Shown here one piece after another: positions 27,637 to 37,814 of a DNA stretch of 64,000 bases (position 1 is its first letter; the number at the start of each line of letters is the position of its first letter). The notes under the pieces are model-generated. The model was not told the origin of the DNA. It saw nothing but the letters and a program-made list of their open reading frames with translations, and did not search any database. A program made the translations under genes and the position numbers. The DNA comes from Baekduia sp. (GTDB lineage: Bacteria; Actinomycetota; Thermoleophilia; Solirubrobacterales; Solirubrobacteraceae): positions 15,624-79,623 of the forward strand of contig NZ_DASRZV010000013.1 in NCBI RefSeq assembly GCF_035685985.1, in the 5' to 3' direction.

Positions 27637-28100
27637 GCGATCAGCAGCAGCCCGGTGGCATCGATCCCAGCCAGATGAGCGAGCAGGAGCTGCGCGCCGC
27701 CTACGAGGCGCAGCTCGAGGAGCAGCTCAAGCAGCTGCGCGTCGAGGACGTGATCGTCCAGACGATCGTGACGCTGGTGAACCTCGGCGGCCGTCGCGCG
27801 GGCCTGGCGCCGGGCACCGAGGCCGAGCGGGATCCGGAGCAGCTTCGGCTGGCCATCGAGGGCGCCCGCGCGCTGCTCGGGCTGATCGAGGCCGAGCTGG
27901 GCCCCGACGGCGCGGCGATCCGCGACGCGCTGTCGCAGTTGCAGATGGCGTACGCGCAGCTGAGCGGGGGCGCCGGCGGCGAGCCGGGCGGCGGCGAGGG
28001 CGGCGAGCCCGGCGGCCAGCCGCCGCAGGGCGGCGCCCAGCAGGGCGGCGGCGCGGGGCCCGCGCAGTCCTCCGGCCGCCTCTGGGTGCCGGGGCAGTAG
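27633..28100 (+). CDS. Conserved hypothetical protein (DUF1844-like helical bundle)
   Basis: ATGA overlap with a GGAGG SD; D..Q.RLAIE and 'IRDALSQLQMAY' patterns; Gly-rich tail ending LWVPGQ. Confidence 0.7.
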   Translation: MSDQQQPGGIDPSQMSEQELRAAYEAQLEEQLKQLRVEDVIVQTIVTLVNLGGRRAGLAPGTEAERDPEQLRLAIEGARALLGLIEAELGPDGAAIRDALSQLQMAYAQLSGGAGGEPGGGEGGEPGGQPPQGGAQQGGGAGPAQSSGRLWVPGQ

Positions 28101-28125
28101 GCGCCACCGTCCGTCTGGCGCTTCA

Positions 28126-28149
28126 GCGCCACCGCACGTGCGGTGGCGC
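28126..28149. repeat. Perfect 24-nt palindrome downstream of the tsa-rex-ybdK operon (possible terminator or REP)
   Basis: GCGCCACCGCACGTGCGGTGGCGC is its own reverse complement. Confidence 0.75.
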
Positions 28150-28180
28150 GTCGCGTCCTGGGCGAGGCAGCGCGACCCGA

Positions 28181-28247
28181 AACTGCGCAGAAACCGTTCC
28201 GGGTCGCTCTATGCGCCCTATACCGCCATGAAGCGACCCGGATCCCT
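28181..28247 (+). repeat. Dispersed palindromic (REP-like) element, copy A
   Basis: 54/67 ungapped identity (hand count) to 57309-57375; core 28200-28240 is an 18-5-18 imperfect inverted repeat. Confidence 0.85.
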
Positions 28248-28518
28248 GAGTTCGGCTCCGAACCGCGCTCTTGTGGGCTGAGGGACCGCACGCGCCCGAG
28301 GACGACCCCCGGCGGTGGCCACGCCAACCGGTCCCATCCCCTCGCCGCCTTTCCACCAGCGTCCCGCGCCACCACGAACGTCCGCGCTGGGCGCCCCACG
28401 CATAGGCACCCCCAGCACCCCCGACGCGCAGTCGGCACACGGACGTCCCGGAACGCGATTTGCGGCTTTGGCAGCGCGCCTTTGCAACGAATCGCACACG
28501 TACCGCCGACTACCTGTT

Positions 28519-28632
28519 TAGGATGGCGCGGCTGTCAGGGCCTCGGCGCCCGTCGTAGCGCCTCCCTAAGGCCCGCCACCGGACATCGCTGTCCTGCGGG
28601 CCGGTGGATCAACCAGACCCGGAGGAACTGCG
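28519..28632 (+). promoter_or_regulatory. Putative promoter and structured 5' leader of hppA
   Basis: TAGGAT at 28519-28524; stems GGGCCT/AGGCCC, GGCGC/GCGCC and CCACCGG/CCGGTGG; GGAGGA SD at 28621. Confidence 0.45.
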
Positions 28633-30756
28633 TTGACCGACTTTCTGACCGACCACGGGGTGATCGTGGCGCTGGTGTGCGCTGGGCTGGCAGTGGCCTA
28701 TGGCCTTCTGACGGCGCAGCAGCTGCTGGCGCTCTCGCCAGGCAACGAGACGATGCAGCGCATCTCCGGTGCCGTCCAGGAGGGGGCGCAGGCGTACCTG
28801 CGCAGGCAATACACGACGATCGCCGGCGTCGGCGTCGTCCTCTTCATCGCTCTGATCTTCATCCAGGACATCCGGGTCGCGGTGGGCTTCGCGATCGGCG
28901 GGATCCTGTCCGGCGCCACCGGCTTCATCGGCATGAACGTGTCGGTGCGCGCCAACGCCCGCGTCGCGGAGGCGGCGCGCGGCGGCGTCTCCCCGGCGCT
29001 CGCCGTCGCCTTCCGCGGCGGCGCGATCACCGGTCTGCTCGTCGTCGGCCTCGCCCTGCTGGGCGTGTCCGGCTACTACGGGGTGCTCACCTGGATCTTC
29101 GACGACACGCCCAGGCAGGCGGTCGACGCCCTCATCGGGCTCGGCTTCGGCGGGTCGCTGATCTCGGTCTTCGCCCGACTCGGCGGCGGCATCTTCACGA
29201 AGGCCGCCGACGTCGGCGCCGACCTGGTCGGCAAGGTCGAGGCGGGCATCCCGGAGGACGACCCACGCAACCCGGCGGTCATCGCCGACAACGTGGGCGA
29301 CAACGTCGGCGACTGCGCCGGCATGGCGGCCGACCTGTTCGAGACCTACGCGGTCACCGCCGTGGCGGTCATGCTGATCGGCGTCCTGAAGTTCGCGCCC
29401 GCGGACGCCACCGCCGTCGCGCTCTACCCGCTGATCCTCGGCGCGGTCGCGATCGTCGCGTCGATCCTCGGCACGTTCTTCGTGCACACGAGCACCGACA
29501 ACGTCGAGGGCGCGCTGTACCGCGGCCTGATCGCCTCGGGCGTCATCGCCGCCGCCGCGTTCTACCCGGTGACCCGCTGGCTGATGGACGGGCTGCACGC
29601 CCTGCCGCAGCCGGTCGCCGGGGCCACGGGGGCGAGGGGCGGCGTGGTCGTCCTGGTCCGCCAGCACGCGCCGAGCGTCGGCGACCTCTACCTCTGCTCG
29701 CTGATCGGCATCGTCGTCACCGCGCTGCTGTTCGTGATCACCGACTACTACACCTCGACCCGGTTCGACCCGGTGAAGAAGACCGCGGCCGCGTCGCAGA
29801 CCGGCCACGCCACGAACATCATCCAGGGCCTCGCGCAGGGCCTGCAGGCCACGGCGCTGCCGGCGCTGGTGCTCGTCCTGGGCATCTTCGGCGCCTGGAA
29901 GATCGCCGGCGGCGGCGCGATCGGCATCTACGGCATCGGCGTCGCGGTGATGGGCCAGCTGTCGCTGACCGGCCTGATCGTCGCGCTCGACGCGTTCGGC
30001 CCGATCACCGACAACGCGGGCGGCATCGCCGAGATGGCCGAGCTGCCCGACGAGGTCCGGACGATCACCGATCGCCTCGACGCGGTCGGCAACACCACGA
30101 AGGCCGTGACGAAGGGCTACGCGATCGGCTCGGCGGTGCTGGCGGCGATCGTGCTGTTCGCGGGCTTCAAGGCCGAGCTGACGCTCGAGTCCCACAAGCT
30201 CTTCGCGTTCGAGATCGACAACCCGCCGGTGCTGATCGGCCTGCTGCTCGGCGGCCTGATGGTCTGCCTGTTCGCGGCGCTGTCGATGGAGGCCGTCGGC
30301 CGCGCCGGCGGCGCCGTCGTCGAGGAGGTCCGGCGGCAGTTCCGCGAGAAGCCCGGGATCATGGAGGGCACCGAGCAGCCCGACTACGCGACGTGCGTCG
30401 ACCTGGTGACGAAGGCCGCGCAGCGGGAGATGATCCTGCCGTCGCTGATCCCGATCGGCATGACGTTCATCGTCGGCCTGATCGACGAGCAGGCGCTCGG
30501 CGGCCTGCTGATCGGCGTCATCGTCGTCGGCTTCTTCTTCGCGGTCCTGATGACCGCGGGCGGCGGCGCGTGGGACAACGCCAAGAAGCTGATCGAGGAC
30601 GGCGAGTTCGGCGGCAAGGGCTCCGAGGCCCACGCCGCGTCGGTCACGGGCGACACGGTCGGCGACCCGTTCAAGGACACGGCCGGCCCGGCGATCAACC
30701 CCATGATCAAGGTCGCCAACATCGTGGCGATCCTGATCATCCCGATCATCACCTAG
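28633..30756 (+). CDS. hppA: Membrane-bound pyrophosphatase, K+-independent H+-translocating type
   Basis: [40 protein letters not shown] and [11 protein letters not shown] motifs. GNTTK (Lys rather than Ala) is the K+-independent signature. Confidence 0.96.
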   Translation: MTDFLTDHGVIVALVCAGLAVAYGLLTAQQLLALSPGNETMQRISGAVQEGAQAYLRRQYTTIAGVGVVLFIALIFIQDIRVAVGFAIGGILSGATGFIGMNVSVRANARVAEAARGGVSPALAVAFRGGAITGLLVVGLALLGVSGYYGVLTWIFDDTPRQAVDALIGLGFGGSLISVFARLGGGIFTKAADVGADLVGKVEAGIPEDDPRNPAVIADNVGDNVGDCAGMAADLFETYAVTAVAVMLIGVLKFAPADATAVALYPLILGAVAIVASILGTFFVHTSTDNVEGALYRGLIASGVIAAAAFYPVTRWLMDGLHALPQPVAGATGARGGVVVLVRQHAPSVGDLYLCSLIGIVVTALLFVITDYYTSTRFDPVKKTAAASQTGHATNIIQGLAQGLQATALPALVLVLGIFGAWKIAGGGAIGIYGIGVAVMGQLSLTGLIVALDAFGPITDNAGGIAEMAELPDEVRTITDRLDAVGNTTKAVTKGYAIGSAVLAAIVLFAGFKAELTLESHKLFAFEIDNPPVLIGLLLGGLMVCLFAALSMEAVGRAGGAVVEEVRRQFREKPGIMEGTEQPDYATCVDLVTKAAQREMILPSLIPIGMTFIVGLIDEQALGGLLIGVIVVGFFFAVLMTAGGGAWDNAKKLIEDGEFGGKGSEAHAASVTGDTVGDPFKDTAGPAINPMIKVANIVAILIIPIIT

Positions 30757-30768
30757 GCGTTGCCATCC

Positions 30769-30806
30769 AGCGGTGCGGGCGGGCCGCGACGGCCCGCCCG
30801 CCCGCT
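30769..30806. terminator. GC-rich stem-loop between convergent hppA and catalase genes
   Basis: GCGGGCGGGCCG-CGA-CGGCCCGCCCGC perfect 12-bp stem; no U-tract. Confidence 0.6.
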
Positions 30807-30815
30807 CCGTTGGCG

Positions 30816-32348
30816 TCAGGCGCTCCCCGCCCGGCTGTCAACGAGCTCCTGCGCGGCCCGCATCTCCTGCGGGTCGGGCGCCCGCCCGTCGCTGAGCCCC
30901 AGGCCGGCGGCGACGCGCGCGCCGATGCCCGCGTCGACGCGGTTCCAGTAGGCGACGACCCGCAGCTGCATCGCCCGCGTGACGTCCTGCGAGGCGTGGC
31001 CGACGACGTTGCCCACCAGCGCGTCGCGCTCGGCGTCGCCCATCACGTCGCGCACGAGCCGTCCGGGCTGGCCGAAGTCGTCGTCGTCGCGGCGCTTGGC
31101 GTAGGCGGTGCGCGCCACCTCGCCGGCCTCGACGTCCCATCCGATCTCGGTGGCGCGCGACGGGTCGGCCGCCGGGCCGCCGTAGGAGTTCGGCGCGTAG
31201 ACGGGCTGGGCGCCGCTGTGGTGGTAGGTCATGTGCCCGTCCTTGTTGTAGGAGTGGACGGGGCAGCGCGGGCGGTTGATCGGCAGCTGCTCGTAGTTGG
31301 GGCCGATGCGGTGCAGGTGCGTGTCGTGGTAGCTGAAGATGCGGGCCATCAGCATGCGGTCGGGGGACAGGCCGGTGCCGGGGACCAGGTTGGAGGGGTT
31401 GAAGCTCGACTGCTCGACCTCGGCGAAGAAGTTCTCCGGGTTGCGGTTGAGCGTCATGCGGCCGACCTCGATCAGCGGGTAGTCGCCCTTCGGCCAGACC
31501 TTGGTCAGGTCGAAGGGGTTGACGTGGTAGTCGGCGGCGTCGGCGAACGGCATCACCTGCACCGAGAACGTCCACGACGGCGCGTCGCCCTTGCGGATCG
31601 CCTGGTCGAGGTCGCGGCGGTGGAAGTCGGCGTCCTCGCCGGCCATCCGCGCCGCCTCGTCCTCGGCGATGTTCTCGATGCCCTGGTCGGTGCGGACGTG
31701 ATACTTGACCCAGAAGCGCTCGCCGCCCGCGTTGACCCAGGAGTAGGTGTGGCTGGAGAAGCCGTGCTGGTGGCGCCAGGTGCGCGGGATGCCGCGGTCC
31801 GACATCAGGATCGTGACCTGGTGGGCGCTCTCGGGCGACAGCGTCCAGAAGTCCCACTGCATGTCGTTGGAGCGCAGGCCGGTGTCGGGCAGGCGCTTCT
31901 GGGAGTGGATGAAGTCCTGGAACTTGGACGGGTCGCGGACGAAGAAGACCGGCGTGTTGTTGCCGACCATGTCGAAGTTGCCGTCCTCGGTGTAGAACTT
32001 CAGCGCGAACCCGCGCGGGTCGCGCACGGTGTCGGGGAAGCCCTGCTCGCCGGCGACCGTCGAGAAGCGCGCGAACATGTCGGTCCTCTTGCCGACCTTG
32101 TCCAGGAACGCGGCCTTGGTGAACGCCGTGACGTCGTTGGTGACCTCGAAGAACCCGTGCGCGCCGCCGCCCTTGGCGTGGACGACGCGCTCCGGCACCC
32201 GTTCGCGGTTGAAGTGCTGCATCTTCTGCACGACGTAGTGGTCGTGCAGGGCGATCGGGCCGGCCGGCCCGACGGTCAGCGAGTGCTCGTCGCTGACGGC
32301 CGGGATCCCGGCGTCGGTCGTGGTGGCGGGGTGGCGCGGATCGGTCAT
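30816..32348 (-). CDS. katA: Monofunctional heme catalase
   Basis: [30 protein letters not shown] and proximal RIFSY.DTH motifs. Confidence 0.96.
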   Translation of the reverse strand: MTDPRHPATTTDAGIPAVSDEHSLTVGPAGPIALHDHYVVQKMQHFNRERVPERVVHAKGGGAHGFFEVTNDVTAFTKAAFLDKVGKRTDMFARFSTVAGEQGFPDTVRDPRGFALKFYTEDGNFDMVGNNTPVFFVRDPSKFQDFIHSQKRLPDTGLRSNDMQWDFWTLSPESAHQVTILMSDRGIPRTWRHQHGFSSHTYSWVNAGGERFWVKYHVRTDQGIENIAEDEAARMAGEDADFHRRDLDQAIRKGDAPSWTFSVQVMPFADAADYHVNPFDLTKVWPKGDYPLIEVGRMTLNRNPENFFAEVEQSSFNPSNLVPGTGLSPDRMLMARIFSYHDTHLHRIGPNYEQLPINRPRCPVHSYNKDGHMTYHHSGAQPVYAPNSYGGPAADPSRATEIGWDVEAGEVARTAYAKRRDDDDFGQPGRLVRDVMGDAERDALVGNVVGHASQDVTRAMQLRVVAYWNRVDAGIGARVAAGLGLSDGRAPDPQEMRAAQELVDSRAGSA

Positions 32349-32454
32349 GGGAACGGCCTACCCGTGGCGCGGGCGCGGAGATGCGCGGTTCGGGCGCGCG
32401 GACGCACCCGGCAGCGCGTGACGCCGCCGTCGCGCCTACACTGCTCAGCGCTCG

Positions 32455-34371
32455 ATGGCCGAACGCCGCCTCCATGGTCTTCAGCGCGTCCTCGGGGTCA
32501 ACGCGCTCTTCTCGACCGCCTACGGCAACGTCGGCTCGTCGATCTACTACGCGCTCGGCCTGGTGGCCAGCTTCGCGCTGGGCCTCACGCCGGTGGTGTT
32601 CGTCATCACCGGGTTCATCTTCTACCTGACGGCCGCCACCTACGCCGAGGCCACGGCGATGTACCCGGAGGCCGGCGGCTCGTCGTCGTTCGCCCGCCAC
32701 GCGTTCAACGAGCTGTGGAGCTTCTTCGCCGCCTGGGCGCAGATGCTCAACTACACGATCACGATCGCGATCTCCGCGTTCTTCGTGCCGCACTACCTCG
32801 GCGGCGTCGCGCACATCGACGCGCTGCGCCACTCGCCGGGGGACATCTTCTTCACGATCGGCCTGATCGTCGTGCTGGCGGCGGTCAACGTCCGCGGCGT
32901 GAAGGAGTCCGCGGGCGTGAACATCGGCCTGGCCGTCGTCGACTTCTTCACCCAGCTGCTGCTGGTCGCCGTCGGCCTGTTCCTGGTCTTCAGCCCGCAC
33001 ACGCTGGTCGACAACGTCCACTTCGGGATCGCGCCGACGTGGAAGGACTTCTTCGTCGCGATCCCGGTCGGCATGATCGCCTACACCGGCATCGAGACGA
33101 TCTCGAACATGGCCGAGGAGGCCAAGGACGAGGAGAAGACGATCCCGGCGGCGATCAACCGCGTGGTGATCGCGGTCTTCGCGATCTACTCGCTGCTGCC
33201 GATGGTCGCCCTCAGCGCGCTGCCGGTGCACCAGACGGCCGGCGGCGGCTACGTCACGCAGCTGGGGCAGACCGAGGCCCAGGGCGGCTACGCGGGCGAC
33301 CCGGTGCTCGGCGTCGTCAAGAGCTTCGACCTCGGCTTCCTGCAGGGGCCGATGGAGGTCTACGTCGGCATCCTGGCGGCGACGATCCTGCTGATCGCCT
33401 CCAACGCCGGGATCATCGGCGTGTCGCGGCTCGTGTACTCGATGGGCGTCCACCGGCAGATGCCCGACCGCCTGCGCCAGCTGCACCCCAAGTACGGCAC
33501 GCCCTACATCGGCATCGCGATCTTCGGCGCGATCGCGTGCGTCGCGGTGATCCCGGGCAAGGCGGACTTCCTCGGCAACATGTACGCCTTCGGGGCGATG
33601 TTGTCGTTCACGGTCGCGCACGTGGCGGTCGTCAAGCTGCGGCTGGCCCAGCCCGAGGCGCGGCGCCCGTGGCGCGGGCCCGGCAACCTCGCGATCAGCG
33701 GCGGCCGCTCGCTGCCGCTGTTCGCGCTGTTCGGCGGGATCTTCACGTTCCTGGCGTTCGTCGTCGTGACCGCGCTGCACGTCGACGTCGCGCTGGCCGG
33801 CATCGGCTGGCTGGCGCTGGGCATGGCGATCTACCCGGTCTACCGCCGCCGCCAGGGCCTGGACCTGACGACGACGACCAAGGTCGCGATCCAGCGCCCG
33901 GTGCTGGAGCACGAGGCCGAGTACGAGTCGGTGCTCGTCGTGCTGGACGCGGCGCAGCCCTACTCCAAAGGCGCGGTGGCGACCGCGGCCAAGCTCGCGG
34001 CGCGGCGCCGGCGCGGCATCCACGTGCTCGTCTACATCGCGGTGCCGCAGTCCTCGCCGATCGACGCCGCGCTGCCCGAGGCCGAGTCGGCGGCCGAGTC
34101 GATCATCGAGCAGGCGCGCCTCCAGGGCGGCCGCCGCGTGACCGGCCACACCGAGAAGGTCCGCGCCGGTGGCGCCGGGCGCATGATCGTCCAGGAGGCC
34201 CGCACGCTGCGCGCCCAGGCCGTCGTCGCGCCGCTGCCGCCGCGCACGGGCGGGACGCTCTTCGGCAAGACCCTGGAGACCGTCTTGGCCGAGCGGCCGT
34301 GTCGCGTGATCATCCAGTCCGATCCGGTGAAGGGCCCGATCTCCAAGCGCCCGATCACCGTCCTGGGGTAG
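32455..34371 (+). CDS. APC-family permease with C-terminal universal stress protein (USP) domain
   Basis: YGNVGSSIYY, YPEAGGS and AYTGIE motifs; about 12 TM segments; USP-like tail SVLV...FGKT.ETVL..RPCRVII. Confidence 0.88.
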   Translation: MAERRLHGLQRVLGVNALFSTAYGNVGSSIYYALGLVASFALGLTPVVFVITGFIFYLTAATYAEATAMYPEAGGSSSFARHAFNELWSFFAAWAQMLNYTITIAISAFFVPHYLGGVAHIDALRHSPGDIFFTIGLIVVLAAVNVRGVKESAGVNIGLAVVDFFTQLLLVAVGLFLVFSPHTLVDNVHFGIAPTWKDFFVAIPVGMIAYTGIETISNMAEEAKDEEKTIPAAINRVVIAVFAIYSLLPMVALSALPVHQTAGGGYVTQLGQTEAQGGYAGDPVLGVVKSFDLGFLQGPMEVYVGILAATILLIASNAGIIGVSRLVYSMGVHRQMPDRLRQLHPKYGTPYIGIAIFGAIACVAVIPGKADFLGNMYAFGAMLSFTVAHVAVVKLRLAQPEARRPWRGPGNLAISGGRSLPLFALFGGIFTFLAFVVVTALHVDVALAGIGWLALGMAIYPVYRRRQGLDLTTTTKVAIQRPVLEHEAEYESVLVVLDAAQPYSKGAVATAAKLAARRRRGIHVLVYIAVPQSSPIDAALPEAESAAESIIEQARLQGGRRVTGHTEKVRAGGAGRMIVQEARTLRAQAVVAPLPPRTGGTLFGKTLETVLAERPCRVIIQSDPVKGPISKRPITVLG

Positions 34372-34388
34372 GACCCGAAACCCACACC

Positions 34389-34604
34389 ATGCCCGCGCCT
34401 CGCGACGTCCATCGCCAAGCCTCCAACGTCCTGTCGGTCGTTCTGATCGTCCTCGGCGTCGCGATCTTCGTGCGCACGCTGGCGGGCGCGTCGCACGGCT
34501 TCGCGCTGGGCTTCCTGCTCGGCCCGCTGTTCGTGGCCGCCGGGATCGGCCGGATCTACATCAACAAGCGCGTGCGCGGTGGCGGCGGGGGCGGGACGCG
34601 CTGA
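34389..34604 (+). CDS. Small two-TM membrane protein (71 aa)
   Basis: ATG at 34389; two hydrophobic segments; stop overlaps the next ATG (TGATG). Confidence 0.7.
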   Translation: MPAPRDVHRQASNVLSVVLIVLGVAIFVRTLAGASHGFALGFLLGPLFVAAGIGRIYINKRVRGGGGGGTR

Positions 34605-36604
34605 TGCTCGGCCGCGGCCTCGGACAGCCCGCGCTGTTCGCGATCATCTACACGGCGGTCGCGTCGGCGATCTACTTCTCGCTCGGCGTCGTCGCCGACC
34701 ACGCGCTCGGCCTGACGCCGATCGTGTTCCTCGTCGCCGGGCTGTTCTTCGCGCTGGCGGCGATGACCTACGTCGAGGGCGCGTCGCTGCACCCCGAGCG
34801 CGCCGGGTCGACGGTCTTCGCCCGCTACGGCTTCAACGAGCTGGTCAGCTTCATCGCCGGCTGGGCGATCCTGCTCGACTACACGATCCTGATCGCGGTC
34901 ACCGCGTTCAGCGCCACCAACTACCTGGCGGTGTTCTGGGGCCGGCTCGGGCACGGGTCGCTGGAGGTCGTGCTGGCGCTGGGGATCGTCGTCTACGTCG
35001 CGGCGCGCAACATCCGCGGCTTCTCGAAGTCGCGCGTCAACCGGATCACGGCGCTGGTCCTCGCCGACGTCGGCCTGCAGCTGCTGCTGATCGTCATCGG
35101 GCTGGCGGCGTTCTTCGACTGGCACACGCTCGTCGACCCGATCCACCTCGGCACGACGCCGAAGTGGAACGACGTGGTCTTCGCGCTGGGCGTCGCGACC
35201 GTCGTGTTCACCGGCCTGGAGAGCGCGGCGGGGCTGTCGGGCGAGGTGACCGCGTCGCGTGGCGCGCTGAAGCGGCTGATCGGCTCGGCGACCGCGGTCG
35301 TCATGGTCGTCTACGTCGGCATCGCGCTGGTGGCGATGACCGCGTTCCCGGTCGTGGACGGCAAGACCGAGCTGTCCTCGGGGGAGCACCTGGAGGCGCC
35401 GGTCCTCGCGATCGCCGAGACGTTCCACACCGCCTGGCTGAGCGACTTCTTCAAGTACACGATCGCGGTCGCGGCGACGGCCACGCTGATCGCCGCGGCC
35501 AACAGCGCGATGCTCGGGCTGTCGCGCCTGGCCTACTCGCTGTCGCGCAACCGGCAGATCCCGAGCGCGCTCGGGCGCCTGCATCCGACGCGGTCGACGC
35601 CGTTCGTGCTGATCGTCATCGCGGCGGTGATCGCGGGCGCGCTGATCGTCCCCGAGGACCTCGACTTCCTCGTCGGCATCTACGCGTTCGGCGCGCTGCT
35701 GGGGCTGACGATCGCGCACCTGTCGATCATCTCCCTGCGCTACCGCGAGCCCGCGTCGGAGCGCTTCTACAGCGTGCCGTGGTCGGTGCCCTTCCGCGGC
35801 GCGTCGCTGCCGCTGCCGGCGGTCATCGGCGCCGTGCTGAGCGCGGCGGCGTGGCTGTCGGTCGTCGTCACGCACGCGGGCGCGCGCTACGTCGGGTTCG
35901 GCTGGATGGCCTTCGGCCTGGGGACCTACGTCGTCTACCGGCGCCTGGAGGGCAAGTCGCTGCTCAAGCGCGTGATCGTGCCCGAGGCGGCGCTGAAGCT
36001 CGAGCGCGAGGAGCTGGAGTTCGGGTCGATCCTCGTGCCGCTGACCGGCACGCCGCTGGACGACGACATGATCCAGACCGCCGGGCGCCTGGCCGGCGAC
36101 GAGCGCGACGAGGGCCTCGGCGACGAGGCCGGCTCGACGATCGAGGCGCTGTGGATCTTCGAGGTCCCGATGGCGCTGCCGATCGACGCGCGGCTGCCCG
36201 ACGCGCAGCTGGAGCGCGCGCGGGCCGCGCTGCGGCGGGCCAAGGCCGTGGGGGAGGAGTACGAGGGCGTCGAGGTCGCGACCGCGACCGTGCGCGCGCG
36301 GCGGGCGGGCGCGGCGATCGTCGAGGAGGCGCGCCGGCGCGGCGTGCAGGCGATCGTGCTGGCGGCCGAGGAGCCGTCGCGGATCCGCGGCGGCGCGCTG
36401 CTCGGCGGGCGCGGCGGGCCGATGGACAACTTCGTCGGGGACGCCACGAAGTACGTGGTCTCCAAGGCCGGGTGCGAGGTGATCCTGACCGCGCCGCCGT
36501 CGTCGGACGTGCCGGTCAAGGACACGACGGATCCCGAGCGGCAGCCGTCGCCGGCCACGAGCGATCAGGGCATCAGCGCGGCGCCGCCGTTGCGCGAGGA
36601 ATGA
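34604..36604 (+). CDS. Second APC-family permease with C-terminal USP domain
   Basis: Paralogous to 32455-34371 (SAIYFSLG, HPERAGS, FTGLE); USP tail FGSILVP...VGD.T.YVV.KA.CEVIL. Confidence 0.88.
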   Translation: MLGRGLGQPALFAIIYTAVASAIYFSLGVVADHALGLTPIVFLVAGLFFALAAMTYVEGASLHPERAGSTVFARYGFNELVSFIAGWAILLDYTILIAVTAFSATNYLAVFWGRLGHGSLEVVLALGIVVYVAARNIRGFSKSRVNRITALVLADVGLQLLLIVIGLAAFFDWHTLVDPIHLGTTPKWNDVVFALGVATVVFTGLESAAGLSGEVTASRGALKRLIGSATAVVMVVYVGIALVAMTAFPVVDGKTELSSGEHLEAPVLAIAETFHTAWLSDFFKYTIAVAATATLIAAANSAMLGLSRLAYSLSRNRQIPSALGRLHPTRSTPFVLIVIAAVIAGALIVPEDLDFLVGIYAFGALLGLTIAHLSIISLRYREPASERFYSVPWSVPFRGASLPLPAVIGAVLSAAAWLSVVVTHAGARYVGFGWMAFGLGTYVVYRRLEGKSLLKRVIVPEAALKLEREELEFGSILVPLTGTPLDDDMIQTAGRLAGDERDEGLGDEAGSTIEALWIFEVPMALPIDARLPDAQLERARAALRRAKAVGEEYEGVEVATATVRARRAGAAIVEEARRRGVQAIVLAAEEPSRIRGGALLGGRGGPMDNFVGDATKYVVSKAGCEVILTAPPSSDVPVKDTTDPERQPSPATSDQGISAAPPLREE

Positions 36605-36659
36605 GCCGCGCGGGCCGGTGAGGTCCCGATCGGCAGTCCTCTGGGTAATGTTCGCTCCG

Positions 36660-37085
36660 ATGTTCATCCTCATCGTCGGTGCGGGCCGCGTCGGATCGGC
36701 CGTCGCCCGGTCAGCCCTGGCCCTCGGCCACACCGTCTCGGTCCTCGACGAGGACCCGTTGTCGCACGAGCGCCTCGAGGTCGGCATGGACCGATCCTGG
36801 GAGGAGGCCGGCGGGCGGTTCACGGTCGGCCACGGCATGGAGGTCGACGCGCTGACGGAGGCCGGCATCCAGGACGCCGACGTCTTCATCGCCTCGACCG
36901 ACGGCGACAACACCAACCTGACGATCTCGCAGATCGCGCAGAAGCACTACGAGGTCGAGAAGGTCATCGTCCGCGTGATGGACCCGGCGCGCGCCGCCTG
37001 GTACCGCGAGCAGGGGCTGCACACGATCTGCCCGACGCAGCACGCGATCGAGATGTTCACGTCGGCGCTCTCCGAGATCGGCTAG
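36660..37085 (+). CDS. trkA: TrkA/KtrA-family K+ regulatory protein (RCK_N domain only)
   Basis: ILIVGAGRVG, AGI.DAD.FIA.TDGDNTN and TICPT motifs; TAATGT hexamer upstream of ATG 36660. Confidence 0.88.
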   Translation: MFILIVGAGRVGSAVARSALALGHTVSVLDEDPLSHERLEVGMDRSWEEAGGRFTVGHGMEVDALTEAGIQDADVFIASTDGDNTNLTISQIAQKHYEVEKVIVRVMDPARAAWYREQGLHTICPTQHAIEMFTSALSEIG

Positions 37086-37098
37086 GAAGGCTTTCGAG

Positions 37099-37773
37099 AT
37101 GTACGTCATCATCGCCGGCGGCGGCAAGGTGGGCTGGAACCTCGCGCGCGAGCTGATCGGCAAGGGCAACGAGGTCACGCTGATCGAGTCGCGCCGCACG
37201 CGCTACCTGACGATCGAGCAGGAGCTGGAGCACGCGATCCAGTACGGCGACGCGACCGAGCTGTGGGTCCTGGAGCGCGCGGGCATCCAGCGCGCCGACC
37301 TCTGCATCGCGGTCACGGGCGACGACGAGGACAACCTCCTGATCTGCCAGATCGCCAAGGAGAAGTACCTCTGCGAGCGGATCATCGCCCGCGTCAACAA
37401 CCCGCGCAACCGGGCCTGGTTCGAGCTGCTGGGGATCCAGCCGGCGGTGTCCGCCACCGACCTGATCCTGCGGCTGATCGAGCACGAGGTGCCCTCGTAC
37501 GGGCTGGTGCACCTGCTGGACCTGCGCGACGAGCAGCTGGAGATCATCGAGGTCGAGGTGACGTCGACGTCGCCCGCCGCGGGCCGCGCGGTGCAGGACA
37601 TGGCGCTGCCCGAGGGCGCGCTGATCATCTCGCTGCTGCGCGAGGGCCGCGGCTTCGTGCCCAAGGCCGACACGGTCATCGAGGCCGGCGACGAGGTCCT
37701 GCTCGTGCTCGACCCGGGCCTGGAGGACGCGATCACCGCGCAGTTCGCGCCCGGCACCCGCGACGCGGCCTGA
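37099..37773 (+). CDS. trkA: TrkA/KtrA-family K+ regulatory protein (RCK_N and RCK_C domains)
   Basis: IIAGGGKVG, GDAT, AVTGDDEDN and ARVNNP motifs; C-terminal P.ADTVIEAGDEV. Confidence 0.92.
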   Translation: MYVIIAGGGKVGWNLARELIGKGNEVTLIESRRTRYLTIEQELEHAIQYGDATELWVLERAGIQRADLCIAVTGDDEDNLLICQIAKEKYLCERIIARVNNPRNRAWFELLGIQPAVSATDLILRLIEHEVPSYGLVHLLDLRDEQLEIIEVEVTSTSPAAGRAVQDMALPEGALIISLLREGRGFVPKADTVIEAGDEVLLVLDPGLEDAITAQFAPGTRDAA

Positions 37774-37788
37774 CCCGCCGCAGGGCTC

Positions 37789-37794
37789 TATACT
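37789..37794 (+). promoter_or_regulatory. -10 hexamer (TATACT) for tRNA-Gln
   Basis: Near-consensus AT-rich hexamer 20 nt upstream of the tRNA. Confidence 0.55.
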
Positions 37795-37814
37795 TCTCTG
37801 CCGCGGCGCCCCTT

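Noticed and set aside
28101-28632. c-di-AMP (ydaO) or other known riboswitch upstream of hppA
   Set aside because: I could not find the hallmark segments (e.g. GCTGAATCC, GGGGTGAATC, CCGTCAGCTAAC); kept only as an unclassified structured leader.
28143-34604. 2153-aa plus-strand ORF
   Set aside because: Off-frame read across hppA, catalase and the APC gene; only the last 71 codons (from ATG 34389) look like a real protein.
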